A DNA stretch of 64,000 nucleotides. It comes from Cycas panzhihuaensis (Eukaryota; Plantae; Cycadophyta). Positions 27,447-41,100 of the stretch are shown in pieces. Below the pieces are notes generated by a model. That model searched no databases and was not told the DNA's origin. It saw only the letters and a program-made list of their open reading frames with translations. The stretch covers positions 220,975,741 through 221,039,740 of the forward strand of contig CM041465.1 in NCBI GenBank assembly GCA_023213395.1, written 5' to 3'. The translations under genes were made by a program, and so were the position numbers. Numbering within the stretch: the stretch's first letter is position 1; every line of letters starts with the position of its first letter.

Positions 27447-30400
27447 TGTTAACCCCCATTTTTGGTCCCTACTTAAAAATGGTATATAAGTAAATAAAAC
27501 AAATTAGGACTTTAGTGAAGAAGTAGAAAAGATAAATGAAGGAAGGACTGTACAACTCAAAGGTACTTTAAGGTTTGAACCATTATACAATTATAGTTTA
27601 GCAAGACTTGAACATGTTAAATTTTAGAAGGGTAAACTAATAGCTTAAACATATGTGAGTGGTTACTTTGTTAATGGCATTTAACTAATTTCTTATGGAG
27701 AGAAATTTTGAAATAAGAAAGGAACTAAGTGATGAAATTGAGAGGTTGTAGAAATTATTAGTGGAGGATATACTTGCATGGAGTACTTTAATGCGGGAAG
27801 CATTGATGTGGGAAAAAATTATATGGGAAGCTTTCATGCTAGAAAGAGATTAAAAGTATAGTTCTTATGAGTTGTTCTCCCACATGAGGGCTCTTTTTTA
27901 TGACAATTTTTGAGAAAGATAATTTGATGCAAGAGAAGTTTCCATGTGAGATGCTTTGATATGGGAAAGAGATAAACATATGTAGTTCCTATAGATTGTT
28001 CTTCCATGGCAAGGCTTTATTTTTAAGCACTTTTTAAGAAATGAATGTTGTGCAGGAAGGAGTTATGCTAGAAAAGTAAGTGCAGGAAAAGAGATAGGGC
28101 CTACCACATAAGACAAAATAATGCAAACAAACTTAAAGCCAAAACAAGGATTCATATGGGAAAAGACACATACACGACCATTTAATGCTAGAGATGACAT
28201 AAAATTTCACTTTACAACACAAAAATAAGAAGCTAGCCATGATGCATAGATACACTCTTGCACGATGACTCCTAAACAACAAAAGAAGTTTTTAAAGTCA
28301 ATTTTCATATGGGAGTACCATTATACAAGAGGCACATATGTGGGTTTATATTTTTATGATTCAAATATTTATAAAGTAAACACTTGAGAAATAAACTCCT
28401 CAATGGACACACACTTCTAAACACAATGTAATCTAGGTCTTTGATTTGAGGTGCACCTTTAATTCATAGCTATTGATCTTTAAACACTTACCATAATTAA
28501 ATTCCAACTACTTGATTTTGTAGTGCCTTAATGATTTTGGCAACACTGACCCAATAATGAATGTAATTAAATACTTGACTTAGTTGTAAAATCATGAAGT
28601 CACCATGATATTAGCATTAATCTATATAACATACTTCCACATTATGTTAATTGATATAAAATAAAACTTTGGGGTAAAGATAGTTACCAAGATACAAAGC
28701 ATATAGATTGAAGTATCAAAAAATATGAATTGAAAGGGTCTTATTGAAGTAGAATTTAAATACAAGTACTTGTAATTGAGAAGATGTCATGTGGTTGATA
28801 AAGCTTACAAAAGATTGATAGGATGTGGTATATTTTGACATTAAGATGGATGTAAGAAGCATAAATCATAAAGTATTTTAAGTCATATATTAGGCTAACA
28901 ATCAATTATAGAAAACCATATTAACCTAGGTTGAGTTAGTATATAATATGAAAGTAATTCCTTACTCAAGATTATAGTATAAAGATCACAAAAAAACTGA
29001 CACAATAGTGTCAGATACATATATGTAGAAGGTTGATGTAAAGTTAGAAACCAAGTCACGAAGATGATTATATTAAGTATTATATAATTACATTTTTACC
29101 CATCCATCTTTCATTGACTATTAATTTAATGATATATATTTGGTATATAACTAATTAATTAAAATAATATTAGTACATGTGATCCAAATATTCATATGTA
29201 GATAGATAATGGAGGTCTATATATATATTATTAGCCAGTCCCAAATAATAACCAACTAATCTTTGCAATGGTAACTATCTTAATGGTAGTATTAAGTTAT
29301 GTCTAACTATACCATAGTAATTAAGATTATTTGAATAATAGTGCTATAAATAGAAGAAGGCTTCAACCATTTTTTTCAAGATTTATATTATCCTAACGAC
29401 ATAACTAAAGCATAAGATAGGATCAAGAAAAGGTATAAAAGGAGGAAGGGGTAATAAGGAATGATCATCTTTTGGTGATGGATTTGTACAAGGCCTAGGT
29501 TACACTTTTTCTCTTCTTGAGATTCTTATTTCTCTTTATTTTTGTTTTTCTTTTCTCTTCTTCTTCTTTACTTATATTTGTCCACACATACATTGTAGTA
29601 AGAATTGTATTTCAGTGAAAGAGAATTTACACACAATGGACTTTTTGGAATTGGGAATTCTTTAGTAAGTATATTAAGTTGAAGGTACGAGGTCCTTATG
29701 ATTTTATCAATTTGGATCAAAATATTTTGTTAACTAGTGCTTCTGTACTTAGGCATTATGTTGTATACAAACTATCTTAATACTAAAATGCAAGTATCTT
29801 GAGATTTCACTATTTTCTCATTTTGTTCAATGTATTGTCCAATGGTTTTATAAAAAACTATTCATTTTGTGAATAGGGATATATATTTTATATATGGTCT
29901 ATAATTTGTTGAAGGCTCTTTTATATTTTCCTATATAAGTCTATGGTTAAGAGTTATATGAATATATGCAAAGGCTCTTTAATTATATTTTGACACTTAA
30001 CCTTAGATTATTAGAGAGCACACAATCTGTATACTAGTATTATATATTGATATTAATAAGGGATTTAGTGATAAGTCAATGAATATGGCCAAGATCAATG
30101 TCCATCATCATTTTGTCATAAGTGTTTATTGATTGGTTTAGCCTAGGTAGATTAGAACACTGAATCAATTCATTATCAGACATAAGAGAAGAAGTTGAGC
30201 TTATTCTTTCTAATTCTTTCCTCCTTTATTTGAAGTTCCATTTTCATTTCTTTTTCCTTTTTGTTTTATCATCATCTACTCCTTTTTTCATCTTTCCTTT
30301 CATACTCCAAAATGACCCTTATAACTCCATTTAATGGCCATTTTCTTTTCAACTTTGTATATCGTGTACATTTATGTATTATATAAGTTAATAAGTACGT

Positions 30401-30516
30401 TATAGAGTTGGACATTTTGTGATGATCTCTATGTTAATTATGATTATTCATTAGAAATGTAGACCTAACGTTATTACAAGAATCCTTGAGGGGGTATAGT
30501 AACATAGAGCAATATA
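27447..30516 (+). repeat. 5' LTR (~3.07 kb) of the large element
   Basis: Colinear with 33223-34054 plus 40521-42792. Confidence 0.85.
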
Positions 30517-33500
30517 AATTGGCAATTATATTAGGGAATATTCCCTACTTTATTTTTCTATTTTCTTCTTCTCAAAATGTTTACTATACATACTAGATTT
30601 GTGGTTTTATAAAATGATCAACTCACCATGGAGGCCATACATATAATCATTGAAAGCTAAAAGCATAAAGAGAGAGCTATAAAATTATCCTATTGGAAAA
30701 GATTAAGGAGGTCTACCAGTAATCTCATTGATGGCTAAATAAGCAAAAAGGAAAGTTTGATTTGGAGGTCCAGTGTTCACAAGGTTAAAAAAACTTAGTA
30801 GAAATGGTTAAATAGAATGCATATTATGGTAATATTCTTCCCTAGACTTGCCACAAACATTCAGGTCTTGAAGGTGAAATGAATGAAATCCTTGATAAGG
30901 ACTTGGAGGCTTGTCCTAGATTTGTAAGAGATAGAACAATTTTAAAAGAGTACCATATTGATTTTTTGAAAAATCATATGTAAGCTGTTTGACATGATTG
31001 GACTTGATAAATCTATTAGGTTATTCGTACATTTTTTTTGATTTAAGATGCAACAATTTGGTTTTATTCACTGCTTAACTCTTCCATAAGAGATTAGGAG
31101 GACTTGATATGGGCTTTTAATTTTAAATATGATAGCAATAAGACTTTGATGCACTTATTAGAGAGTTATTTAGTATGATGAAAGAGGTTAGAGAAAGCAT
31201 TTTAGATTATGTTAGTAGGTTTGAGAAGACCCTCAAACAAATTAATATTAGATGAAGATCTATGAAAGATATGTTGATATGATGGTTTCTTGTGGGGCTT
31301 AAGTTTGAAATATGATTTTGGATTACTTCTAAATAACTAAAGGGGTTTTTTGTAGCAAAATCCCTTAGTTTGGATCTTGAAACCATCATGGATAATTAGG
31401 AGATATGTTCTTTTTCTCAAGAAGAGTACATTGATACTAATTAAGACAATGAATTTGATGCTATGGTGATATGTGAAGGAGATATATAGCTAAAATTAGA
31501 TCACATAGGTGCTTATAAAGAAATAAAGTTTATTCAAGATGAGCTAGCAGTATTGAATAACTCTTAAAATTTTCTAAGAGGTCACACTCTTGATCAACAA
31601 GACCTTACCATCATTATGCCTAGAGATTTTAATTTTTTTTCCCCAAATGATAAGAGGTAAGGATTTATCTACAACCTAGATGCATTTTCTATTAATATAG
31701 ATTTGCAATATATTTATAGAAAGTAGGAAAATAAATATGGACATATTAAGGGAACCACATAAGACTATTAATTTGGACATACATATAGTCCTATCTTCAT
31801 TTGATTTTATGTCATCTATAGAGGAGGAGAATGATGACTAAGACTTAGTTTTCAACATATGTTATAATGAAGAGGTAACTTTTTTCCTTAACTAATTTTT
31901 ATGATAACTCTTCATGGAATAAAAAACTTATTAAAATTATAATTCAAACCTCAATAAAGATGATCATGAAATAGGACTTGAGATTCATTGTGGACTACTA
32001 GGCTTGAATAATTCTTATGAAGAAGAAGGATACCAACTCATAACTCATTTTGAAGATGTTATTAATGGTCCTAAATTAGAGAGGTTAGAAAATTATATTA
32101 ATGAGGAGAGGGAACACTCAAATTTGATTTTAAGAGTAGAATGAGAGGAAGAAACTTTTAAAGGTAAATAGTAGATATTACCTCTTGAACATGAATATGA
32201 AGAATTCCTTGACAAGAAAAAGGCCAATCAGGAAACTAACACAGTGGAGGAAGCTAAAAATATGACCAAGATAGTTACAAATCAATTTACTAGTCAACAA
32301 TAAGAGGATGATACCATTATTAAATTTGAAGAATTATAAATTTCTTTTAAAATAATAAGAAATGGAGATGACTTGAATTTAATGTCAAACATGAATTTTG
32401 AAGAAGAAGTGTCTATCCTTTTGTCTAATCTACATGATAAGTTCTCATATGATCAGGGATACACTAAAATTTATATAGTACAAGTATCCATATCAGACTA
32501 TAAAGACTTACCTTAGATATTTAAAAATGATGAATCCATCTTATTCTTTATATAAGAATAATAGGAAGATGTTAGTATTGAGGCTATTGTGGGACAAACC
32601 TTAGAAGTTGGAGTATTATAAGGTATACTCATAAAAGAAGATCTAATCTAACATGCATTCTATAAAACTCCCAAAGAGGTTGTTGATACTGCCATTGAAA
32701 GAACTCATAAATAAGAGGAGTTTCTAGGGAAATAAGATAAATTAAATATACTAATAACTAATCTTAATTTTAGTCAAGTGCCTTGTGATCTTATATGCTC
32801 TGATCCATATCTAACATGTTTTAGTCTTCACTTTAAGATTGATTTTCGCCCTAAGTCATGTGTTGAAAGATAAAGACTACTCTAAAAATTGAAGTCTCCA
32901 CTAAAAATATTAATCGAAGGCTTTCTATATAGAAAGGGATGTTGCTATTATCTTCTTGTACATTGTAAAGAAGCCTTATTACCCTATCATCTTGTTTTAA
33001 ACAACATGCATCTATATAAAAGATAAGAAAACATATGATTTACATGTTCACATTAATGAGTCTATAAGTGAGTATGTTGTTGTTCTCTACAAATTATTAA
33101 TAGGTTGAATTTGATTCCATTGATACTTTATCATTAGCATCTTATACATATAAGTATTTTCATTTTAGATTTTTTTGCTTTTTATCAACCTACTAGGGGT
33201 TAATAAAAGTAAGGAGGCTAGATGCTACCCCCATATTTTTGGCTTCTACTAAAAATGTTATGTAAGTAAATAAAACAAGCCAAGACTTTAGTGAAGAAGT
33301 AGAGAAGATAAATGAAGGAAGGCCTGTACAACTCAAAGGAACTTTAAGGTTTGAATGATCACATATTTATAGTTTGTTAAGACTTAAATATGTCAAATTT
33401 TAGAAGGGTAGAGTAGTAACTTAGATATATATGAGTAACTACTGTGATAATAGCATGAAGGTATTTAACCACTTTATTATAGAAAGATCTTTTGAAATAA

Positions 33501-34513
33501 GAAAGGAATTAAGTGACAAAATTGAGAGGTTATAAGAATGATTAACATGGGACACACTTACGTAGGGCACTTCAATGTGGGAAGCATCGATGCAGGAAAA
33601 TTTATGTGAGAAGCTTCCATGTATAAAAGATATTAAAAGTATAGTTCCTATAAGTTGTTTTCTTACATGAGAGCTCTTTCTTATGACAGTTTTTGAGAGA
33701 GATAATTTGATGTTAGGGAAGCTTCCATACATGATGCCTTGATATGGGAAAGAGATATGTATATAGTTCTTGTGGATTATTCCCCCATGGGGAGGCTTTA
33801 TTTCAAATCACTTTTTGAGAAAGAAATGTTATAAAGGAAGGGGCCATGTGGGAAGAATAAGTGTGGGAAAAGAGATAGGGCCCACCATATAAGACAAATA
33901 GACATAAATGAACTTAACACCAAATCAAGGATCTATATAGGGAAAGATACATATAGCTTAATATAATACAAGAAATGACATAAAAGTTCACTTCATAAAC
34001 CAAAATAAAAAGTTAGCCTTAATGCATCAATACATTATCATGCAATGACTCCTATATTAAAATTTTTAATTCTTTGATACCATGTTAAAATATATTCATT
34101 ATATGTATCGTGGAAGTATATCAATAAGATATAATGAATCAATTATATTATAAGGACTATATACACAAATTATATAATTTATGATTAATATATCAAGTAA
34201 TATAATAAATATAAAACAAAATTATATCAACAGGCATGCATCATAAGAGACAATAGATTTATACATGGAAAATCCAAAATAGAAAAAATGATAGAAGAAG
34301 CTTGGAGTTGATGACTCTGATTTGTTATGACCTATAAATGATTATGTCTCCAAGTTTAAACTTCTCTCAACCTTTCTCAAGATTTTAAGTGGTGTGTATA
34401 CATATTTATAGATTATGTCATCTTATGAATAACTTATAATATCTTTGAGCCTTTTCATCATCTAATACGAGGTGTACATGAACATGTGTGCTGATCACAC
34501 TTATTAATACTTT

Positions 34514-34620
34514 TAGTTATGGGTTGTATGAGACTACAATCTTACATTTAGTTATGGGATTGCATGAGACTACAATCTTACATTTGGTTATGGGATTATA
34601 TGAGTCTACAATCTTACATT
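34514..34620. repeat. Three copies of a 35-36-bp tandem repeat inside one LTR
   Basis: t(a/g)gttatggg(a)tt..atgag.ctacaatcttacatt x3; a single diverged unit in the partner LTR (~40447-40482). Confidence 0.9.
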
Positions 34621-36079
34621 AAACATTATATATATGAGAATAATCATATATTCCAACACTCCTCCTTAACATTTAATGTCTTTAATTTTTAATTCTTCAT
34701 CTTTAATCTTGGTCTTCAAGTCTTCATGCTTTCCTTATATGTTGGAATATGTATCATATCAAATTAAACTAAATAAATCTACATCACGTGCAACCTGTAA
34801 ATCTATTAACATCAAGCTTATCTCCTATAAGCAATTGACTTGTAATCATTTGTAGTTAACTTCAATTATTAGTGATCAATTATGAGCAACATAATCAACT
34901 ATCTGTAAACTTGTAAAACCATTAATCAATTAAATAACTGATCACAATTTATGACTCTCACTTGTCATGTTTATATAAAGTTTCCTTCTCAACTACTTTA
35001 TATCTTCACTCATAAAGTTGTGATCAATATCAACACTATCAACTTATCATCTCAACAATCTCATAAATGAGAATGATTACTAATATCCATATAAAATAAT
35101 AACCATCTACCAAAATACATGGGTTACTAGCCACTATAATCATTAGTTCTTTAGGAAGTTATTTTTCATATGTGGTTCATTAGTAAATAAAATAACATTA
35201 GCTATTAAGCCAATATATTATACATGAATATCAAAATATCTTGCCTCCTATGTATAGGAATAATAATCCTTATTGTGTGTTATACAAGAGTAGCTTGTAA
35301 GACCTTTTCTTACCTCTTACATGCATGGTATATATGTGTACTTTCTTCGTTTATGTACATATTAATAACTTTCTTTTAGTAACTAATAAAATTCATCAAT
35401 ATTAACAAATCAATAATATAAAGATACTAACTTTAGAAATAGGATGTACTACTTAGCCAAGTCAAGTAAGTTGTAACAAGATAATGTAAATAATATATTT
35501 TCATGCGTCTTGTTATACATGGTAAATCAAATTTCTCATTGATAAATATATATATGATATTAACCAAACTCTTCAACAATTAATTTTAGTGCTAAATAAC
35601 AAATAATATAAGACTTCTTCTCCATGTTTCATATATATGTAGGTAAATAAACACCATCAACTTTCCAACAAACAAACACTAGGCCCTTCATCAATATTAA
35701 ATAAGTGATGTTATCAACTATTATGTATGTGCTAAAATAAGTAATCATGACATTTAATTAGTGGCTAGCTTTACTAGACCAAATGTATTAAATACTAAGG
35801 ACTTTTATTATGTCCAACTTATTAAGATACCCACATCAATTTTCACATCAAACATATTTCACATCTTCAATCTTTATCAGTTTTGAGCTTTAAATAGTTA
35901 TAATTAATCCCTTATGTGTTTAGTTTTAAACCAAACTTCCTTTTTCCTTCTTCAACAATCATCAATCTCATCATTATGATCTCAAGAGCATTTAAAAACA
36001 TTAAAATATGCTAAAATAGATCTCAACTACTCCCAAAAATGTAATTTTTATTATGTCAAAAATACTTTGATAAATTTTA

Positions 36080-38173
36080 TGTAACGAACCTATTCTTGTT
36101 ACCATTCAACATAGAGAAATAGAAATAGAAATAGAAAATGATAGATAAAAGATAAAGAAGAAGATGAAGTTCCAAAGAACATTCATTAACATAAGATTAC
36201 AAAATACATCATGATGATCTCCTTATACATTACATACATACATATGGGACTATTAAGGCTGCCCATCTCTTAGACTTATGCATATGGGATAAATGCAATA
36301 CGAGTAACCTCATATGGTGGAGGATCATAACATGCCCTCCCCCTTAACAATGCTTCGCCCTCGAAGCATCCTGATTTAACGACCATCTCTTATTATTATT
36401 CTTCAATCGATAACTCTTACGAATGTTGGCAGAAAAGTTGTGCATGGAATATGGATCTATCCATCCCAAGTTGATCTTGATACACCCTGAATATCCTCTA
36501 ATATACTCTGGATATTTGTAATGTTGAAACCATAAGCTCGAATGTTGTTCTTACCTAGTGTTTGTAGTAGATGAATGTCTTTCTTAATAAGTTTTGTTAC
36601 GTTGGGCCTCTTGATAATGTGGATGTCGATATAGTTCCACTTTAGTTTATCTTTCAACTATTTGTGATGCCTTTGTTCCTTATCCTTAGGTGCCACTGGT
36701 GGTGTGGGGTGGCAAATAACTTCTGTTACTTGCTTTTTAGTTTGTCCTTCCATTATTGGTGATGTCTTTTCTTCCTTATCCTTGGGTACAGCTGGTGGTG
36801 TGGGATGGTAAACAACTTCTGTTACCTGCTCTTGACATTCCTCATAATCTTTCTTTTGTTCTTGATTTTATGGAGTCAAGAGAATTCCTTATCCCACAGT
36901 GCAATTATACTTCTTAAGTATTTGACATGCTTCTTGTTTATTTTGTTTAAGACTTTGTATCTCTTTCCACCACGAATCATTATATTTCTTATGGATAACT
37001 AGTTATAGCCAATAAAATGTATTAAAGAGACGATCTGGGTTATACCAATATTTAAACCAAAGATAAGTCTCTCCTTATAGATATAATGAGGCTACTATAG
37101 TCATCTCCTCATTGTGCATGTAGTTATCATCAAGTGATTTTAAATATACATCTATATCTTTAACCCAATCTTTTACATAAAGAGTTCCATCTGCATTAAA
37201 GATGCGCAGTATGGGCCTTTTTGTAGCTATGATAACGTGGATATATGAGAGATTATGGGTGTCTATAGTCTGTTATCCCCTAATTTTGATACAAAATTAT
37301 ATATTGGGCCTCACGAGTAATGGTTTTGAGACCACGATGTTAATGGCTAAAAAAATATAGTATGAAACCCTTAATTAAAAAAAAAAATATAGCTAAAAAA
37401 TATATAAAATATGGAGTATGATGACAGCCTCTGAAATAAAATTCTAACTGTACAAATGAAATTGAATTATGATATCTAGATCAAAAGTTATGCCGCTTTT
37501 AAGAATTCCACTGTTAGGGTTTTTATAGGCTGAAATAGTACTTATTGATAAAATGCTAATAAATTTTTACTCTGATCTCTAATGAGCCTCAAACCACTTC
37601 CATTGGAAAATAAATTAAAAAACACACAGAATAAAAAAACATTTGAGGTCATTTGGATACCTGTAGCAAAAGTTATGGCTCTTTGAAGTTGAGGTTGCAG
37701 ATCTGTCCTAGAGTTACAATGACAGAAAAAAAAACATGCCGAAATTAATTTTGCTATAATTTTTGTACTTCCACCCCAAAATCTATAGTGCAACCACTTA
37801 AAATTTATGGAATGAGCCATTTTGTCTCAAATTTTCTATTACTTTTTAGAATTTTCAATGTTTATTCTCTCGAAGATGTTTTCAAACCCTTGATGACACC
37901 TCCAAGATCGCCGCTATGATACCAATTGTAACGAACCTATTCCTGTTACCATTCAACATAGAGAAACAGAAATAGAAAATGATAGATAAAAGATAAAGAA
38001 GAAGATGAAGTTCCAAAGAACATTCATTAACATAAGATTACAAAATACATTATGATGATCTCCTTATACATTACATACATATATATGGGGTTATTAAGGC
38101 TGCCCATCTCTTATACTTATGCATGTGGGATAAATACAATACAAGTAACCTCATATGGTAGAGGATCATAATA
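36080..38173 (-). mobile_element. 2.1-kb gag-only (TR-GAG-like) Gypsy-derived LTR element
   Basis: LTRs 36080-36332 and 37927-38173. TSD TTTTA at 36075-36079 and 38174-38178. PBS rc gctatgatacca at 37913-37924; PPT rc tgccctcccccttaa at 36333. Minus-strand gag-like peptide RPILRIFNADGTLYVKDWVKDIDVYL..EEMTIVASLY..GETYLWF..EIQSLKQ at ~37220-36940. Confidence 0.9.
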
Positions 38174-41100
38174 TTTTACCTATTAAAATTTCTATCTTCT
38201 AGTCTCTAAAATATGCCTTCTGATTACTTGTTTTGCCCATCTCAAAATTCTCTTTCCAATATAACCAATGACTCGAAAAATGGACTCCAAAAATGAAAAT
38301 TCATGCTAAAAAAAGGTTAATATATCTTAAAAATTCAAGCACTCATTAAGAAAATTCTTTTGGCCCCTTTTATCTTGGACTCCTGGTTGCATCTTTGCTC
38401 CATGTGACCTTTCGATCTCATTAAAGAGGCTTTGGTATGGATTTCAAATTCCATTCTAATCAAATTAAATTTATGAAAATATTAAAAAAATATATACACT
38501 ATTGTAAAAATTTTATATTATAACTTAGGTAGATTTGGTCAATGCATCATTTAATTGATAATTTTAGGGTTTTATTCTACTTCATACTCTATTTTTAATC
38601 AATGGATATAATCTATGGACTCGTGTCTTTATTTGTGGGACTAACATCTTTATCCTCTTTATTTTCTTCATGTTAGGGGCTTCATTTTAATCCCTAACGA
38701 AATGGCATCCATAAAGTTTGGATGAGTTGTATTTCTTTATCTCTCTATTTTTTAATGGGAAATGGATCTAGTGTTTACAAGGGCATATGGTAATTCTTCA
38801 TCTAAACATTACCCAATCAGTTTTGAATTTATTTGTGCGAGTAAGTGTGAATTATTATTTTTTAAGTTTTAGAAAGGTGCATGGTATGCAAGGTGTATAC
38901 TAACTCCTTGATGATAAAAAGAACATGACTCTCATGTAACCATATTAGGCATGATTATATATGAAGTGATGACGTCACATATTCCTTATAGCACCCTTTG
39001 TTGGAATAAATTTTCTTAAGCGATACTCTTTGATGATGCCTTATGGCAATTATATTTGATGGTTTTCTCTCAGATATTTTGTAAGAAAGATATAAACACC
39101 TCTAAATTTGGCTATAAATTTCCACATCTTGTTATGTTAATTTCTCATCATTCTATCATAAACATACTACTTCCATATTTATTTATCATGGAGTTGAACA
39201 ATATTCAAATGCTTAATTATCCTCACATACGATCATTTTTTATGCAAACCCTAATATAATTAAATCATGCCCTAAATATATCCTTAATATTTACCTATAT
39301 AACGCCAGTTTTGTTTCATTTCAACATGCCATTATTTGATTATATACCACTATAAATCATACCTACTTTTTCATTGTCAATCATGCCACATATCATAGTG
39401 TCTAAACAACCTACCTTCAAATTTGTCTGATATTAACTATAACAAGCTTGTTGTCTATTTTACGTATACTGATGGAATAATGAATTCTAATATTGCTCAA
39501 CAGACCTGGGTATATTTACTGTTACCAATTATGAGATTTAGTGAGATGCTCAATCTCATAAATTTTAATCATTTTTATAGGTGGGCAATATGCATTAGTG
39601 AATACAACTAGCAATAGTTCTCCTCATCACATCATTTTGGTGGACTTAGTTAAATATACATGCTTAGAATATGTACACAACATGCTTAAAATAATTGTCC
39701 ACATAAATTTAATAATCAACATACCCATCAATTGTGTTGTATTCTTTTTGATGTGGCTTTTAATTATCTGAGTGCAATTTTATCATCTTCATCATGCCCT
39801 AAGGTATTGGTCAAATGTCACTAATATACTTAAATTTTGAATCATCAAAACACTTTTTAAATTGGCTCTTATATTGGCTGATACTAACTCTATCACTAGC
39901 TCAACTAACATATATAGACTTCAATTTATCTTCATAAGATCTTTCAAATCATGGCTAACAACCAAGCTCTCACCATAGCTCTAATACTATATTAAAATTT
40001 TTAATTCTCTAATACCATGTTAGAATATATTCATCATATATAGAGTGGAGGTATATTATTCAAGTATAATAAATCAATTATATCTTGAGGATTATGTATA
40101 CAAATTATATAATATATGTTCAACATATCAAGTAATATCATGAACATAAAGTAAAATCATATTAATAAGTATGCATCGTAAGAGAATAGATTTATATGGA
40201 AAAATCCAAGATGGGAAAAAACCATAAGAGAAGGTTAGAGTCGATAGTTCTAATTTATTATAATCTCCAAATGATTACATCTTCAAGCTTGATCTTCTCT
40301 CTACCTTTCTTAACTTCTGAAGTGATGTGTGTATCTATTTATAACTTGCGTTACCTCATGAATAGCTTATAATATCTTTAAGCCTTTTCATCATCCAATA
40401 GGATGCGTAAATAAATATGTGTGTTAATCACACATATCAATACTTTTAGATGTGGGATTGTATATGACCATAATCTTAGATTAAGCATTGCATATGTAAG
40501 AATAATCACATATTCCAACATCTTAAACAACAAAAGAAGTTTTTAATGTCGATTTTCCTATGGGAATATTATTATGTGGGATGCATACACACAAGTTTGT
40601 ATTTTTGTGATTGAAATATTTATAAAGTAAACACCTGAGAAACAAGATCCTTTACTAATATATAAAGGTGAATAAAATGTAATCTTGACCCTTGATCTAA
40701 GGTACACCTTTAAGTCATAATTGCTGATCTTCTAATAACTATCATGATTAAATTCCAATAGCTCAATTTGATATCACCTTAATGACTTTAGCAATATTAA
40801 CTTAATGATTAATGCGATTAATTACCTTACTTATAACAAGTGGGTGCATAGTGTTAAAGCTATAAAACCCCCAAGTCATCATGATATTAATATTCATCCA
40901 TATAATATACTTCCATGTTATGTTAATTGATATAAAATAAGACTTTTAGGTAAAGATAATTACACAAGATGCATAGCTTACAAATTAAAGTATAAAAAAA
41001 TATAAGTCAAAGGGTCTTGTTAAAGTAGGATTTGAATACAAATGCCACTAATTGAGAAGATGTTATATGGTTGATAAAACTTATAGGAGATTGATATGAT

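Larger units (their letters stand above)
34055..40520 (-). mobile_element. Old LTR element nested in the 3' LTR of the large element
   Basis: LTRs 34055-34658 and 39990-40520. TSD TCCTA (34050-34054) / TCTTA (40521-40525). PPT rc ctcctccttaa at 34659; degenerate PBS rc gctctaatacta at 39978-39989. Interior lacks recognisable pol. Confidence 0.85.
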
